Source: Planctomycetota bacterium
GTDB lineage: Bacteria; Planctomycetota; Phycisphaerae; UBA1845
Reading direction: 5' to 3'
DNA length: 64,000 nucleotides
NCBI GenBank assembly: GCA_038043285.1
Contig: JBBTCJ010000022.1
Location: forward strand, 15,539 to 79,538
In this document: in pieces, positions 19,336 to 29,263 of the stretch
Numbering within the stretch: the first letter of the stretch is position 1
How the letters are laid out: every line of letters starts with the position of its first letter
Translations under genes and position numbers: made by a program
The notes under the pieces: generated by a model
The model's database searches: none
Told to the model about the DNA's origin: nothing
The model's input: the letters and a program-made list of their open reading frames with translations, nothing else

Positions 19336-19355
19336 CCGCTCCCTTGCGGTCGCGG
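19336..19355 (-). repeat. REP-like motif CCGCGAC-N6-GGAGCGG (single copy)
   Basis: The minus strand reads ccgcgaccgcaagggagcgg. The core is the same as in the RAYT-flanking repeats. Confidence 0.55.
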
Positions 19356-19650
19356 TACTGATAGGCTTGACTCCGACAAAAGACCTTGGGGGGTGACATC
19401 ATTTCGGCGTTTCGCTGTTTGGAGTTTCCAACGCTCCCGCCTTTCCCGTCGTGGCTTCGTCACTGCGCGGCTTCGACCGTCCCCGTTCGTCGAGCGTCGC
19501 ACGCCACTCGGCGGCCTTCTCGGCATAGCCCTGGCCCGGCTCGGCGGCGTCCCATAGGACCCGTTGCCCACGAATTGTTATTCCGCCGCCCACAATTCAG
19601 ACGTCTGAACCGGGCACGGTTGAGCACCCAGGTACGTTCAATGTGACCTC

Positions 19651-22221
19651 CTATGGCTTCTGCGAAGGTGATTTCGGCGCCCGGGATTGCTCCTTGGCGA
19701 CAAGTTCCCTGTAATTGGCCAATCGCGTGACGAACTCATGGTTGTGCGGAAAGAGCGCCACGGCAAGTTCTTGAGACTCCACCGCCTTTTCGTTGTTGCC
19801 GCTGAGGTGATACGCCGCGGCAAGCGTGTCGAGCAGGGGTCCGTTTTTCCCCTTGGAAATTTCGAGCGCCTTTTGGGCGAACGTAAGCGCGGTGCCCACC
19901 GAGGACGGGTCTTGCGAAGCGCAGTCCAGCAGGCACTGCGCGTACCACGCCATAGCGTACTCACTAGCGTTCGGACGTTTCACAGCCTCTCGCCGAATCT
20001 CCAGGGCCTCGTCACACGCGACCCGGGCTGCCTCGTGCTGCCCCGTGCCCTGCAGCACCAGCGCCAGTTCGACAAGACTCGAACCCAACTGCAGGGAACC
20101 GCCTCCGTCTTTCTTCCGACTGCACGCAACGGCTTCATGGGCCAAGCGTTCGGCGGACTTCAAGTCACCTTTGGCGCGACAGAGTCTGGTCATGACCCTC
20201 AACGTAACAGGCGCCCATGGGTGCTCATTGCGGTACACGTTTCTCCAAAACTCGAGTGCTTCACGAAGGAGCGGTTCGGCTTTGTCGTAATCACCTTTTT
20301 CGAAAAGCAGCAGCCCATAGAAGTGCAGGGACATGGTGAAATCTAGTAGACGGTCTCCCGGCAGCCTACGGTAAATCGCACACCCTTCTTCATACAACGG
20401 TTCCGCGTTGCGGTAGTCGCCACTAAGGTACAGCGATTGAGCCAGGGTAATCAGGGCATCGGCAACGTCGTGGTGTTCCCTTCCGTGCAATTTAAGCCGG
20501 ATGTCCAGCACCTCGCGGGCGGCTTGGAGCATGGCAGCATGGTCTTGGCTAATCATGACATTACCGATGCCCATCAGACTGTTTGCAACGTCGGCATGCA
20601 CGTTCCCATACAGCTTTCGGCGAACGTCGAGCGATTCCCTGAGGAGCGCTTCAGCGCCCTTTTGATCGCCCTTGTCTTGGGTAAGGAACCATCCCAAGTG
20701 ATAAAGGCTATCCGCGCGCTCGGGGTGGTCGCTCGGGAGCTCGCGATTGCGGATTTCCAGGCCCGCGCGGAGATGTCGCTCGGCATTGTCGATTTGGCCC
20801 ATAGACTGATAGGTGGTTCCAATCGTCGTATGTAGCGCAGCCTCTACGAGTGGTTGATCCTTGAACACCGTGGAGACCTCCGCCGCCACTTTGTCGATCA
20901 TTTCTCGGACGGTGATGTTCGGGCCGGGGCCTTGGTTGGGGTCGGCCGAGCGGAGCATGGTGCTGAGGTATGCGGTCACGGCCCGAGCGGTATCGCGTTC
21001 ACGGGCTTTCTCATCTCTAGCACGTTCGGCGCGGACGTACAGCGACGTGCTGACGATGATTCCCGCGATAAGAACCACAAACACCGCCGCCAGGGAGGCG
21101 ACGACGGCCTTGTTGCGGCGAGCGAAGACGCGAAGTTGGTAAATGATGCTCGCCCGGCGGGCGAGGATGGCTTCGCCCGTCAGATAGCGATGGATGTCGT
21201 GGGCGAACTCGCCGGCTGATTGGTAGCGGCGATCGCGATCCTTCTCCAGGGCCTTGAAGACAATGGTCTCCACGTCGCCGCGCAGGGACTTGTCCACGGT
21301 GCTCAGCTTGGAGGGCTGCTGCTCACGAATCATCCGCGTCCCGTCGAAGATTTTCGAGCGGCTCACCTCGTAGGGCAGCTTGCCGGAGAGCATTTCGTAC
21401 AAAACCACGCCCAGGGCGTAGACGTCGCTGCGGGTGTCGATGTCCTGCGGGTCGCCCTCGCACTGTTCCGGACTCATGTATTGCAGCGTGCCCACGAGTT
21501 GCCCGACGTCGGTTTGCAGGGTGGTCACGGCCAAGTCCGAGTCCGTGCCGCGAGCCACCCCGAAGTCGATGATCTTCACCTGCCCGAGACCCCCGCTTCC
21601 CCCCCTGCTAAGGGGGAGTGGGGAGGGGTCGGCGGTCACCAGAACGTTCCCCGGTTTGAGGTCTCGATGGATGATGCCCTTCTGGTGGCCGTGGTGGACG
21701 GCGTCGCAGACCTGGGTGAACAGCTCCAACCGCGGCCGCATGCCGAGCTTCTTCTCGTCCGCGTACGAGGTGATGGACTTGGCGTTGGGAATGTACTCCA
21801 TGGCGAAGTAGGGCACGGCTTCGGGGACAAATGCGGCATTGCTGGGGGCGTCCGCTCGCTTTGCACTCGCGGCTCGTGCTTCGCGCTCGCGGGTCGGATC
21901 GGGAACATATGTCCCGGCTTCGTAGATCTGGGCGATGCCCGGATGACGCAAGCGGGCGAGGATCTGGGCCTCGTATTCAAAGCGCCGCAGGGCCGATTTC
22001 GACGCGATGCCCTGCTTCATGACCTTGACCGCCACGACGCGACGGGGGTTGTCCTGCGTGGCTTCGTAGACCGTACCCATTCCCCCCGAGGCGATGACCC
22101 GCTTGACGTGATACCGTCCGATCCGTTCCGGAATGCGCGAGGAAATGGGGACAGGTGGCGGAGCGACGGTTTCGGCGAGGCGCGGGTCGGGAGGGTGTTG
22201 ATCCAGACTCTGATCGGTCAT
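19651..22221 (-). CDS. Ser/Thr protein kinase with a TM segment and a long C-terminal TPR array
   Basis: Hanks motifs are 'GGMGTVYEA', 'AVKV', 'HRDLKPGNVLV', 'DFG' and 'SPEQ'. The TM segment is 'VVASLAAVFVVLIAGIIV', followed by multiple TPR-like repeats. Confidence 0.9.
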   Translation of the reverse strand: MTDQSLDQHPPDPRLAETVAPPPVPISSRIPERIGRYHVKRVIASGGMGTVYEATQDNPRRVVAVKVMKQGIASKSALRRFEYEAQILARLRHPGIAQIYEAGTYVPDPTREREARAASAKRADAPSNAAFVPEAVPYFAMEYIPNAKSITSYADEKKLGMRPRLELFTQVCDAVHHGHQKGIIHRDLKPGNVLVTADPSPLPLSRGGSGGLGQVKIIDFGVARGTDSDLAVTTLQTDVGQLVGTLQYMSPEQCEGDPQDIDTRSDVYALGVVLYEMLSGKLPYEVSRSKIFDGTRMIREQQPSKLSTVDKSLRGDVETIVFKALEKDRDRRYQSAGEFAHDIHRYLTGEAILARRASIIYQLRVFARRNKAVVASLAAVFVVLIAGIIVSTSLYVRAERARDEKARERDTARAVTAYLSTMLRSADPNQGPGPNITVREMIDKVAAEVSTVFKDQPLVEAALHTTIGTTYQSMGQIDNAERHLRAGLEIRNRELPSDHPERADSLYHLGWFLTQDKGDQKGAEALLRESLDVRRKLYGNVHADVANSLMGIGNVMISQDHAAMLQAAREVLDIRLKLHGREHHDVADALITLAQSLYLSGDYRNAEPLYEEGCAIYRRLPGDRLLDFTMSLHFYGLLLFEKGDYDKAEPLLREALEFWRNVYRNEHPWAPVTLRVMTRLCRAKGDLKSAERLAHEAVACSRKKDGGGSLQLGSSLVELALVLQGTGQHEAARVACDEALEIRREAVKRPNASEYAMAWYAQCLLDCASQDPSSVGTALTFAQKALEISKGKNGPLLDTLAAAYHLSGNNEKAVESQELAVALFPHNHEFVTRLANYRELVAKEQSRAPKSPSQKP
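21589..21630. repeat. GC-rich palindromic element inserted in-frame in the kinase catalytic domain
   Basis: The sequence ccccgcttccccccctgctaagggggagtggggaggggtc encodes 'PSPLPLSRGGSGGL', located between HRDLKPGN and DFG. Confidence 0.55.
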
Positions 22222-22514
22222 CTCCGGCGGCTCCGCACGCTGCCCGTCGATCGAAAGTGCGTGGGAATCATCCCCGACCGCGGCGGGTCGTGCAAGGCGG
22301 GCAGAGCGCGGGACGGGGCCTTTTCAATGGTCCCCGCGATTCATCGTGCCGCCCGCTCGGAACGGCGTTTCGGACCAGCGTGCGGCAGTCGTCCGACGCA
22401 GTCCCTGAGGATTGAAAGGCCCTGGTCGACGTACGAGGGTGAATCCCCGTTGCCACGACTACGCGAGCGTGAGCGAGCGGAGTTCGTTTCGACCATCAAA
22501 TCGAGGGCGATGAA

Positions 22515-23390
22515 TCATCGCCCGTCGCCCTGCACGTACGAAATCGTTTTGTACGCCAGTCTCGCCGCGAGAAACTCCGTCACCGCCTGACCGGGGATGG
22601 GCATGACTTCGACAATGTCGGCGGCCACGATGGTCTTCTCCGCCGCGACGCAGCGAAGAAGATCGGTCACGTCGTACCAGTCGAGTCCGCCCGGCTCCGG
22701 CGTGCCGCTTCCCGGGGCGTAGGCGGGGTCGAACCCGTCGACGTCGATGGTGACGTAGACCGTCGGACCAAGGCGATTGAGAACCTGGTCCATCCAGGTG
22801 TCATCGCTGAGGCACTTCCTCGCCGTGATCGGCTCGATCTTGGCTTTCTTGCAGAAGCGATGCTCCTCCAGCGAAACGTTGCGGATTCCCACCGGCACGA
22901 CGGTTGCGCCCAGGTCAATCGCCCGGCGCATCACGCAGGCGTGCGAATGGGGCGAACCCTCCCACGAATCGCGGAGGTCTAGGTGGGCGTCGATCTGCAA
23001 CACCGACAGTTTCTTGTGCCGGGTCATCACCGCGCGAATCAATCCCGAGGTGATGCCGTGTTCGCCGCCGAGACCGATGAGAAACTTCCCGTCCTTCACG
23101 ACCTTCCGTGCGGCGGCGAAGACGTCCTCGTGCATCGCCTTCGGACCGGCCATGTTCGGAAGCAACGGTTCCAGCGTGGTCACGCCGACCTTGTACGCCT
23201 CCGTGCCCAGTTCCTCGTCGAAGAGTTCGACCTGCTGCGACGCGCGGATGATCGCCCCGGGGCCTTCGCGCGTGCCCGCCTGGAAACTGGTCGTCGAATC
23301 GTACGGAACCGGAAGCACGGCGAACTTGGCCTTGCGATAGTCGCTGTATTCCGCCGGCAAACCGAGAAAGTTGTTGGGCAATGTGTTCAT
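22515..23390 (-). CDS. speB: Agmatinase (arginase/ureohydrolase family)
   Basis: Motifs are 'GGEHGIT', 'QIDAHLDLRD', 'SHACVMRR' and 'VTIDVDGFDPAYAPGSGTPEPGGL'. Confidence 0.9.
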   Translation of the reverse strand: MNTLPNNFLGLPAEYSDYRKAKFAVLPVPYDSTTSFQAGTREGPGAIIRASQQVELFDEELGTEAYKVGVTTLEPLLPNMAGPKAMHEDVFAAARKVVKDGKFLIGLGGEHGITSGLIRAVMTRHKKLSVLQIDAHLDLRDSWEGSPHSHACVMRRAIDLGATVVPVGIRNVSLEEHRFCKKAKIEPITARKCLSDDTWMDQVLNRLGPTVYVTIDVDGFDPAYAPGSGTPEPGGLDWYDVTDLLRCVAAEKTIVAADIVEVMPIPGQAVTEFLAARLAYKTISYVQGDGR

Positions 23391-23634
23391 ACGTTACGCC
23401 AGTCACATCGGGCGGGCTTCGCCCACCGCCGACCGTCGTGTCAGGCAGCGCCCGACCTACACCCGACCCATCGACGAATGTGAAGCCTACTCGGTTGGAG
23501 CCGTGTCCGGCAACGCCGTTGCCACCAGCCGGCCGCGTGGAGACAATCCGCGGCGTCACCGGCGGGCGGCAAACCGCCCGTGACGCCCAACTCCCGGTAC
23601 GCCGGTGGCTTGGGGATCCGTAGAACAGCCTCGT

Positions 23635-23721
23635 GGAGGAGTGGCCGAGCGGCTGAAGGCGACGGTCTTGAAAACCGTTGTGCGGGCAACCGTACCGGGG
23701 GTTCGAATCCCTCCTCCTCCG
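23635..23721 (+). tRNA. tRNA-Ser (anticodon TGA)
   Basis: The acceptor stem GGAGGAG/CTCCTCC is perfect. The anticodon stem is ACGGT/ACCGT with loop CTTGAAA. There is a long variable arm (type II) and a GTTCGAATC T-loop. Confidence 0.9.
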
Positions 23722-23767
23722 ATCACGTGACGCATCCGGCTGCACGTCGTCGTGCCGGGCCGGCGAG

Positions 23768-24376
23768 CTACGAACTCACGGGGGTATTCGCTTGGACGGC
23801 GGATTTCGCCCGACGTAGCGAAAGGATCAATTCGACCTCGCCAATGGGGCGGCCGATGGTCGCGGCGATCTGAACGGCTGGTTTCCCTTCGTCGGCAAGC
23901 TGATGAATGGTCCGGACCGCGGCTGAGGCTGCCGTCGTCTTGTCGGAGGTCGACGCGCTCACGCGCGGTGACGGCGCCTCTGAGTCAAGGAGCGGGGCGG
24001 GTGTGTGCGGGGCGTCGCCGACGGTGATGTCCAGGGCCGGACCTCCCTCGGCTTCGCGCAGGAGCCGCGCGAGTTGGTCGATGCGTTCATCGGCGTCGCG
24101 AATGACTCTTTCCAGCTTGGCGAAGCGGGTGTCGATGCGGCCGTGGATGTCCCGGGCGAGGCGATCCAGCTCGATCATGACCTGCTCGACGTCGCGCGTC
24201 GTCTGCGATGATCGGTGCAAGTCCGCGGAGCGGCGCTGCACGGAGTCCACGCGGTCGGCCTGCGACCGTCGAATGCGCCGGCGCGTTGCGGCGATGACCA
24301 GGGTCGTGGCCACCACAACCAGACCCAGAACGAACAGATGTTGCGGCTCAATGCGGTCCATCGCCGAATGTTGCAT
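23768..24376 (-). CDS. Membrane-anchored coiled-coil protein with a C-terminal HTH-like tail (DUF2802-like)
   Basis: Starting at the ATG at 24376, it has a TM segment 'LFVLGLVVVATTLVIAA', a coiled coil, and a C-terminus 'IHQLADEGKPAVQIAATIGRPIGEVELILSL'. Confidence 0.5.
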   Translation of the reverse strand: MQHSAMDRIEPQHLFVLGLVVVATTLVIAATRRRIRRSQADRVDSVQRRSADLHRSSQTTRDVEQVMIELDRLARDIHGRIDTRFAKLERVIRDADERIDQLARLLREAEGGPALDITVGDAPHTPAPLLDSEAPSPRVSASTSDKTTAASAAVRTIHQLADEGKPAVQIAATIGRPIGEVELILSLRRAKSAVQANTPVSS

Positions 24377-24485
24377 CCTGCCGCTCGGGAAAACCGGCGG
24401 AGCGTTGCCACGCCTTGCCTGGACGCTGCCCCAACGCCGCGTCGGCCACGCGCTGCCGCACGGACTTATTTGGCCCAAGCGTAGC

Positions 24486-25685
24486 CTACGATTCTCGCCG
24501 ACTTTCGCCTTGGCGTCGATTCCAGGCATCCCTGGCCGCGTCCAGCACGTCTCGCAGCGGCACGCCGCGTTGGATCGCCGCCTGGCGACAATCGTCAAAC
24601 TCCGGCGAGGCGGAGGTTGCCGGGCCGAACGTTGCGACCTTCACGCGAATCGACCCGTACGCGGTCTCGACAGCTTCGATTCGCCGGGGAAGGACGTGCC
24701 GCGCCGTCTCCCGCCGACGGATGCCGAGCGTCGGCGTTTCGGCGAAGATGATCCGTTCCATCGCTTCCGCGTCCGCCGGGCGGCAGAGGACGCTGAGCAT
24801 CGTGCCCAGCCTTCCCTTCTTCATGTGTATCGGCACGGCGAAGACATCCAGCGCACCCGCGGCGAGGAGTCGCTCCATCGCGTGAGCGATTACCTGCGGC
24901 GCGGCGTCGTCGAGGTTGGTTTGTAGTTCAACCACGCTGTCGGCGTCGAGCATCGAGGCGCCTTCCGACTCGCCGACAAAGACGCGAAGCAAGTTCGGGC
25001 GGGTCTTGCCCTCTCGCGTTCCCGCGCCATAGCCGATCGTGGAGACGCACATCGCGGGCATGGGTCCAAACTCCGCGGCCAGCGTCGTCAGCAGGGCCGC
25101 CCCGGTCGGAGTCGTCAGCTCGCCGGGTTCCGGGCAAGCGGCGATCGGCACGCCTTGCAATAGTCTTGCGGTCGCGGGGGCGGGAATCGGTAGGACTCCG
25201 TGGGCGCACTCGATCGTGCCCGATCCCACCGGGATCGCCGAGCAGACGACGCGCTCGACGCCGAGAAACGCAAGGCAAACCACCGCGCCGACCACGTCGA
25301 TGATCGCGTCGAGGGCGCCGACTTCGTGAAAGTGGACGTTCTCGACAGTGGTTCCGTGGACGGCTGCCTCGGCCTCCGCCAATCGTTCAAATACACGGAT
25401 GGCTCGATCGCGCGCGACCGCCGAAAGCTTCCCCTTGCGGATCATCTCCACAATAGGGTGCAGGTGTCGATGCGGCTGCGGACTCGACGGATCGAGACGA
25501 ACGTCGAACCTGACCGCCGCCAAACCCTGCTTCTGCGTTCGCTCGACCGAAAGGGCAAAGCCCGATAACCCCAGCGACCTCACGGCCTCGCGCAGTGCTT
25601 CTTCGCTCGCCCCGGCGTCGAGCAACGAGGCGACGATCATGTCGCCCGCAGCTCCGCTGAAACAGTCGAAATACGCGATTCGCAA
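24486..25685 (-). CDS. larC: Nickel-pincer cofactor biosynthesis / nickel insertion protein LarC (DUF111)
   Basis: Motifs are 'MRIAYFDCFSGAAGDMIVASLLDAG' and 'VHFHEVGALDAIIDVVG'. Confidence 0.9.
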   Translation of the reverse strand: MRIAYFDCFSGAAGDMIVASLLDAGASEEALREAVRSLGLSGFALSVERTQKQGLAAVRFDVRLDPSSPQPHRHLHPIVEMIRKGKLSAVARDRAIRVFERLAEAEAAVHGTTVENVHFHEVGALDAIIDVVGAVVCLAFLGVERVVCSAIPVGSGTIECAHGVLPIPAPATARLLQGVPIAACPEPGELTTPTGAALLTTLAAEFGPMPAMCVSTIGYGAGTREGKTRPNLLRVFVGESEGASMLDADSVVELQTNLDDAAPQVIAHAMERLLAAGALDVFAVPIHMKKGRLGTMLSVLCRPADAEAMERIIFAETPTLGIRRRETARHVLPRRIEAVETAYGSIRVKVATFGPATSASPEFDDCRQAAIQRGVPLRDVLDAARDAWNRRQGESRRES

Positions 25686-25858
25686 GCTCGACGCTCCCGG
25701 TTCCTGCTGCTTGGAAACCCGATCATGCTACCCCGAACATGGAGAATCGGCGACCCGTGGAATCGCGCCGATTCGAAGAATCGTCCGGACAGTTTTCCCC
25801 CAATCACGGTTCGAGTAGACTGTCCGCAGCCGGTCGGGAGGCTAGGGGTCGCGGGGGT

Positions 25859-26578
25859 ATGGACGCATCACAAACGCACGTGGGGGAGCAGTCGCTGGGG
25901 TGGACCGCCGTCACCTGGCGCATCGTTCGTGGGCTGGCGTGGGGCGTCGTGGCGACCTGCGTCATCGGGGTCGTACTGTTCGTCGCCGGCGGCACGTTGG
26001 ACCGTTCCGCATGGCAGGTCTACTGCGCGGTCTACGGCCTGCTCGGGTTTTTCTTCGGTCTTACCGCCGACCCAGGGCTAATCAAGGAACGGAAGCGACC
26101 CGGACCGGGGGGCATCGACCGTGGGTTTGTACCGATCATCAAACTGGTCGCGTGGACGGTTCCGATCGTGGCGGCGATGGACGTTGGACGGTTCCACTGG
26201 TCGGACACTGTGGCTCCGGCATTGCAGGCCGCGGGCTTGATCGGGTTCGCCGTCCCAGTGTCGATGGTGATCTGGGCCATCGCCACGAACCGTTTTTTTT
26301 CGCCGGTCGTTCGGATTCAAAAAGAGCGAGGCCATCACCTCGTCAGGTCGGGACCGTACCGCTTCGTGCGCCATCCCGGCTACCTGGGTCTCATCGTCGG
26401 GATGCTCAGCAGTCCTCCCGCCCTGGGGTCGTGGGTCTCGATGATCCCGGCCATCGTCTTCGTCGGCGTCATCCTGCACCGTACGGTCACGGAAGACCGC
26501 TTTCTTCAGGCCAACCTTCCGGGATACTCCGAATATTCCGCCAGCGTCCGATTCCGCCTGCTGCCGGGCGTTTGGTAG
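25859..26578 (+). CDS. Isoprenylcysteine carboxyl methyltransferase (ICMT/PEMT) family membrane protein
   Basis: It is a multi-TM protein with 'LVRSGPYRFVRHPGYLG' and 'TEDRFLQANLPGYSEYSASVRFRLLPGVW'. The start was set to the ATG at 25859. Confidence 0.8.
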   Translation: MDASQTHVGEQSLGWTAVTWRIVRGLAWGVVATCVIGVVLFVAGGTLDRSAWQVYCAVYGLLGFFFGLTADPGLIKERKRPGPGGIDRGFVPIIKLVAWTVPIVAAMDVGRFHWSDTVAPALQAAGLIGFAVPVSMVIWAIATNRFFSPVVRIQKERGHHLVRSGPYRFVRHPGYLGLIVGMLSSPPALGSWVSMIPAIVFVGVILHRTVTEDRFLQANLPGYSEYSASVRFRLLPGVW

Positions 26579-26702
26579 CGATTCGACGTCGGCCCTGCGA
26601 TGCTCCTGCGGGAATCGGCGGGCGGATCGCGGGCGATATGCCGTCAGCCTGAATCGCGCGGCCCAGGAAAGAAACCCCGCCCGGTCCGAGTATGATGCCC
26701 GC

Positions 26703-27206
26703 ATGGATGCGGTCGTCTGCGGCATTGATCCGGGCCTCGGAATCACCGGTTACGGCGTGATCCGCACGTCGGGCGTTTCGACGCCGGCGCTGATGGATGC
26801 CGGCGTGTGTCGTTTCGAGGCTCGCGGTTCCCTCCCCGGACGGCTCGTGGCGGTCGAACAGGACCTCTCCGCGATCCTCGCCGAGCACCAGCCCGACATC
26901 GTCGCCGTGGAAGAACTGTACGCCCATTACAAACATCCGCGGACCGCGATTCTGATGGGCCACGCCCGCGGAGTCATCCTTCTGACCGCTGCCCGGCGCG
27001 GCATCGAGGTGCGAAGCTACTCCGCCACCCGCGTCAAACGGTACCTCACGGGCAACGGGCGGGCGACGAAGGGACAGGTGCAGCGAGCCATTCAGATGAC
27101 GCTCGGATTGCCGTCGCTGCCCGAACCGGCGGATGTGGCCGACGCGCTGGCGATCGCGCTGTGCTGTGCATCCGACGCCGGGCAAGAGCGAAGGCCCTCG
27201 TCGTGA
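26703..27206 (+). CDS. ruvC: Holliday junction resolvase RuvC
   Basis: Motifs are 'GIDPGLGITGYGVI', 'VAVEELY' and 'ADVADALAIALC'. Confidence 0.95.
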   Translation: MDAVVCGIDPGLGITGYGVIRTSGVSTPALMDAGVCRFEARGSLPGRLVAVEQDLSAILAEHQPDIVAVEELYAHYKHPRTAILMGHARGVILLTAARRGIEVRSYSATRVKRYLTGNGRATKGQVQRAIQMTLGLPSLPEPADVADALAIALCCASDAGQERRPSS

Positions 27207-28162
27207 GCGCCTTCACCCCCGCGCGTCGCGCTCTCGCCTGGCTGCAACTCGTTCGCCTTCCCAATGTCTTTACCGCCGCCGCGGACGCCTGGGCGGGATA
27301 CCTCTACGCGCGATCCACCGACAGTTTCACCCCAGCCGCGGGCTTCAGCCCGCGCGACCTCTGGACCGTTGACTCGCCGGCCATCCTCTCCGCGCTCGCC
27401 ATCGCCTCGATGTGCCTCTACGCCGGCGGCGTCGCCCTCAACGACGTGTGTGATGCACGGCTGGACACGCTCGAACGCCCCGAACGACCGATTCCATCCG
27501 GTCGAATCACACGACGCCGGGCGTTGATCGTCGCGCTGACACTGTCGGGGATCGGTTGGGCGGCCGCGACGACCGTCTCCGGGGCGTGCGCCGTGGTGGC
27601 GGCCGGACTGCTCGCCTCGATCGTCTTGTACGACTTGGCCGCCAAGCCAACGCCTGCGGGACCATCCGTCATGGGTTTCTGCCGCGCGCTCAACTTTGTC
27701 CTGGGCGCCGTCGCAGTTTCCAGCCGACCGTTAGCACTGACCCTCGCCCCGGCGGGTTTGATCTGGCTCTACGTCGCCTCCGTAACGTGGTTCGCGCGGG
27801 ACGAGGCCGCCCCGCCCCTCCGTCCAGGCAAAACGCTACGCGCCCGCGCGACCGTGGGAACGCTTGGAATCGCGGTGTCCGTGCTGTGCTGGCCGATCGT
27901 CGCGCCCGCGTTGGGTCACTCCGTCTCGACGGTGACCTGGGCGATCAGCGCCGTCTTGGCGGTGTTCCTTTTGGTCATCGGGCTGCGGGCCTCCGCTTGC
28001 CCTGACCCTTGCGCCATGCAAGCCGCCGTCGGATGGTTCATCGTCGGACTTGTCCTGTTCGACGCCGTCATCGCCTCGACCGCGGCCGGCGCGACGGGTT
28101 TGCTTGTGGCGCTGTGGCTTATTCCGACGCTGCTTGTCAGAAGTCGTCTCCCGATGTCGTAG
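27203..28162 (+). CDS. UbiA-family prenyltransferase
   Basis: The GTG start overlaps the ruvC stop (GTGA). Motifs are 'LVRLPNVFTAAAD' and 'ALNDVCDARLDTLERPERPIPSGRI' (NDxxDxxxD). It is polytopic. Confidence 0.8.
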   Translation: MSAFTPARRALAWLQLVRLPNVFTAAADAWAGYLYARSTDSFTPAAGFSPRDLWTVDSPAILSALAIASMCLYAGGVALNDVCDARLDTLERPERPIPSGRITRRRALIVALTLSGIGWAAATTVSGACAVVAAGLLASIVLYDLAAKPTPAGPSVMGFCRALNFVLGAVAVSSRPLALTLAPAGLIWLYVASVTWFARDEAAPPLRPGKTLRARATVGTLGIAVSVLCWPIVAPALGHSVSTVTWAISAVLAVFLLVIGLRASACPDPCAMQAAVGWFIVGLVLFDAVIASTAAGATGLLVALWLIPTLLVRSRLPMS

Positions 28163-28238
28163 CCCTGGATTGGTGCCGGAGAGGCTGCCTTTTCACCTCG
28201 CGTTGGTGCGACTGTCGTCGCTCTCTATACTGCCGCGG

Positions 28239-29144
28239 ATGCCCACGACCTACCTGGGGGAGACGTGCGCCCTGGCGGCTGCGTTCACCTGGGCGACCGC
28301 CCTGGTGCTTTTCAAACGCAGCGGAGAACACGTTCCCCCGCTGACGTTAAACCTGTTCAAGAACTACGTCGCCATCTTTCTGCTCAGCGCGACGCTGCTC
28401 CCGATGTGGCTGCTGCAATCTCCAGACCCGTCCGATGGACCCTTGTCGTGGGGCGACCATTTGCTCCTGCTGATCTCCGGCGCCTTGGGCATCACGCTTG
28501 CCGACACGATGTTGCTTTACGCCCTCAATTTGGTCGGCGTCGGATTGGTGACCGTCGCGGAATGCACCTATTCGCCGCTGGTGTTCCTGTTTGCCTTCTT
28601 GATGCACGCCGAACCCATCACTCGGACGGACCTGATTGGAGGCGGATTGGTCCTCTCCGGAGTGTTCCTGTCTTCGACGCACAAGCCTCCCGCGAACCGC
28701 ACGCGCGGGCAGATTCTGCTGGGATCGGGGTTGGCCGTCGCGGCGATCGCCCTGGTCAGCTTCGCCATTCTGCTGGCCAAACCGGTGCTGGTGCACACCT
28801 CCCTTCTCAGCGCCACCCTGGTTCGGCTTCTCGGCGGGACGGTGCTGTTGACGCTCTTCCTGCTTGCCAGCCCCAACCGCCGGCAGCACTTCGCCGTCTT
28901 CAAACCCTCGCGGACCTGGTGGACGACGGTTCCGGCGGCTGTGACCGGGACGTACCTCTCGATGGTCTTCTGGATCGGCGGCTTCAAGTGGGCCAAGGCG
29001 TCGGTGGCGGCCATCCTCAACCAGAGCTCGACCATCATCGCCCTGATCCTCGCGTCGGTGATTCTGAAGGAGTCGTTCACCCGGCGTAAGGTCGTCGCCG
29101 CCGTCCTGGCGATCACCGGCGTGGTCGTCGTGGCCAGGGGGTGA
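28239..29144 (+). CDS. EamA/DMT-family transporter
   Basis: It is a ~10-TM protein with two EamA-like halves. The ATG at 28239 was chosen. Confidence 0.8.
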   Translation: MPTTYLGETCALAAAFTWATALVLFKRSGEHVPPLTLNLFKNYVAIFLLSATLLPMWLLQSPDPSDGPLSWGDHLLLLISGALGITLADTMLLYALNLVGVGLVTVAECTYSPLVFLFAFLMHAEPITRTDLIGGGLVLSGVFLSSTHKPPANRTRGQILLGSGLAVAAIALVSFAILLAKPVLVHTSLLSATLVRLLGGTVLLTLFLLASPNRRQHFAVFKPSRTWWTTVPAAVTGTYLSMVFWIGGFKWAKASVAAILNQSSTIIALILASVILKESFTRRKVVAAVLAITGVVVVARG

Positions 29145-29263
29145 CGCGGCGCTCGACCGCGGGTCCGCGATTGAAGTTCTCGGCGCTTGTTCGTCGATGA
29201 TCCATTCGATAGGCTTCCGCACCTTGTTTCTTCCGGGTCATCCATGACCGCGAGGGGGAGTTT

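Noticed and set aside
21220-22590. 456-aa ORF on the plus strand
   Set aside because: It lies antisense to the Ser/Thr kinase domain.
26807-27202. Upstream extension of the UbiA-family ORF
   Set aside because: It overlaps ruvC out of frame. The hydrophobic prenyltransferase sequence begins at the GTG at 27203.
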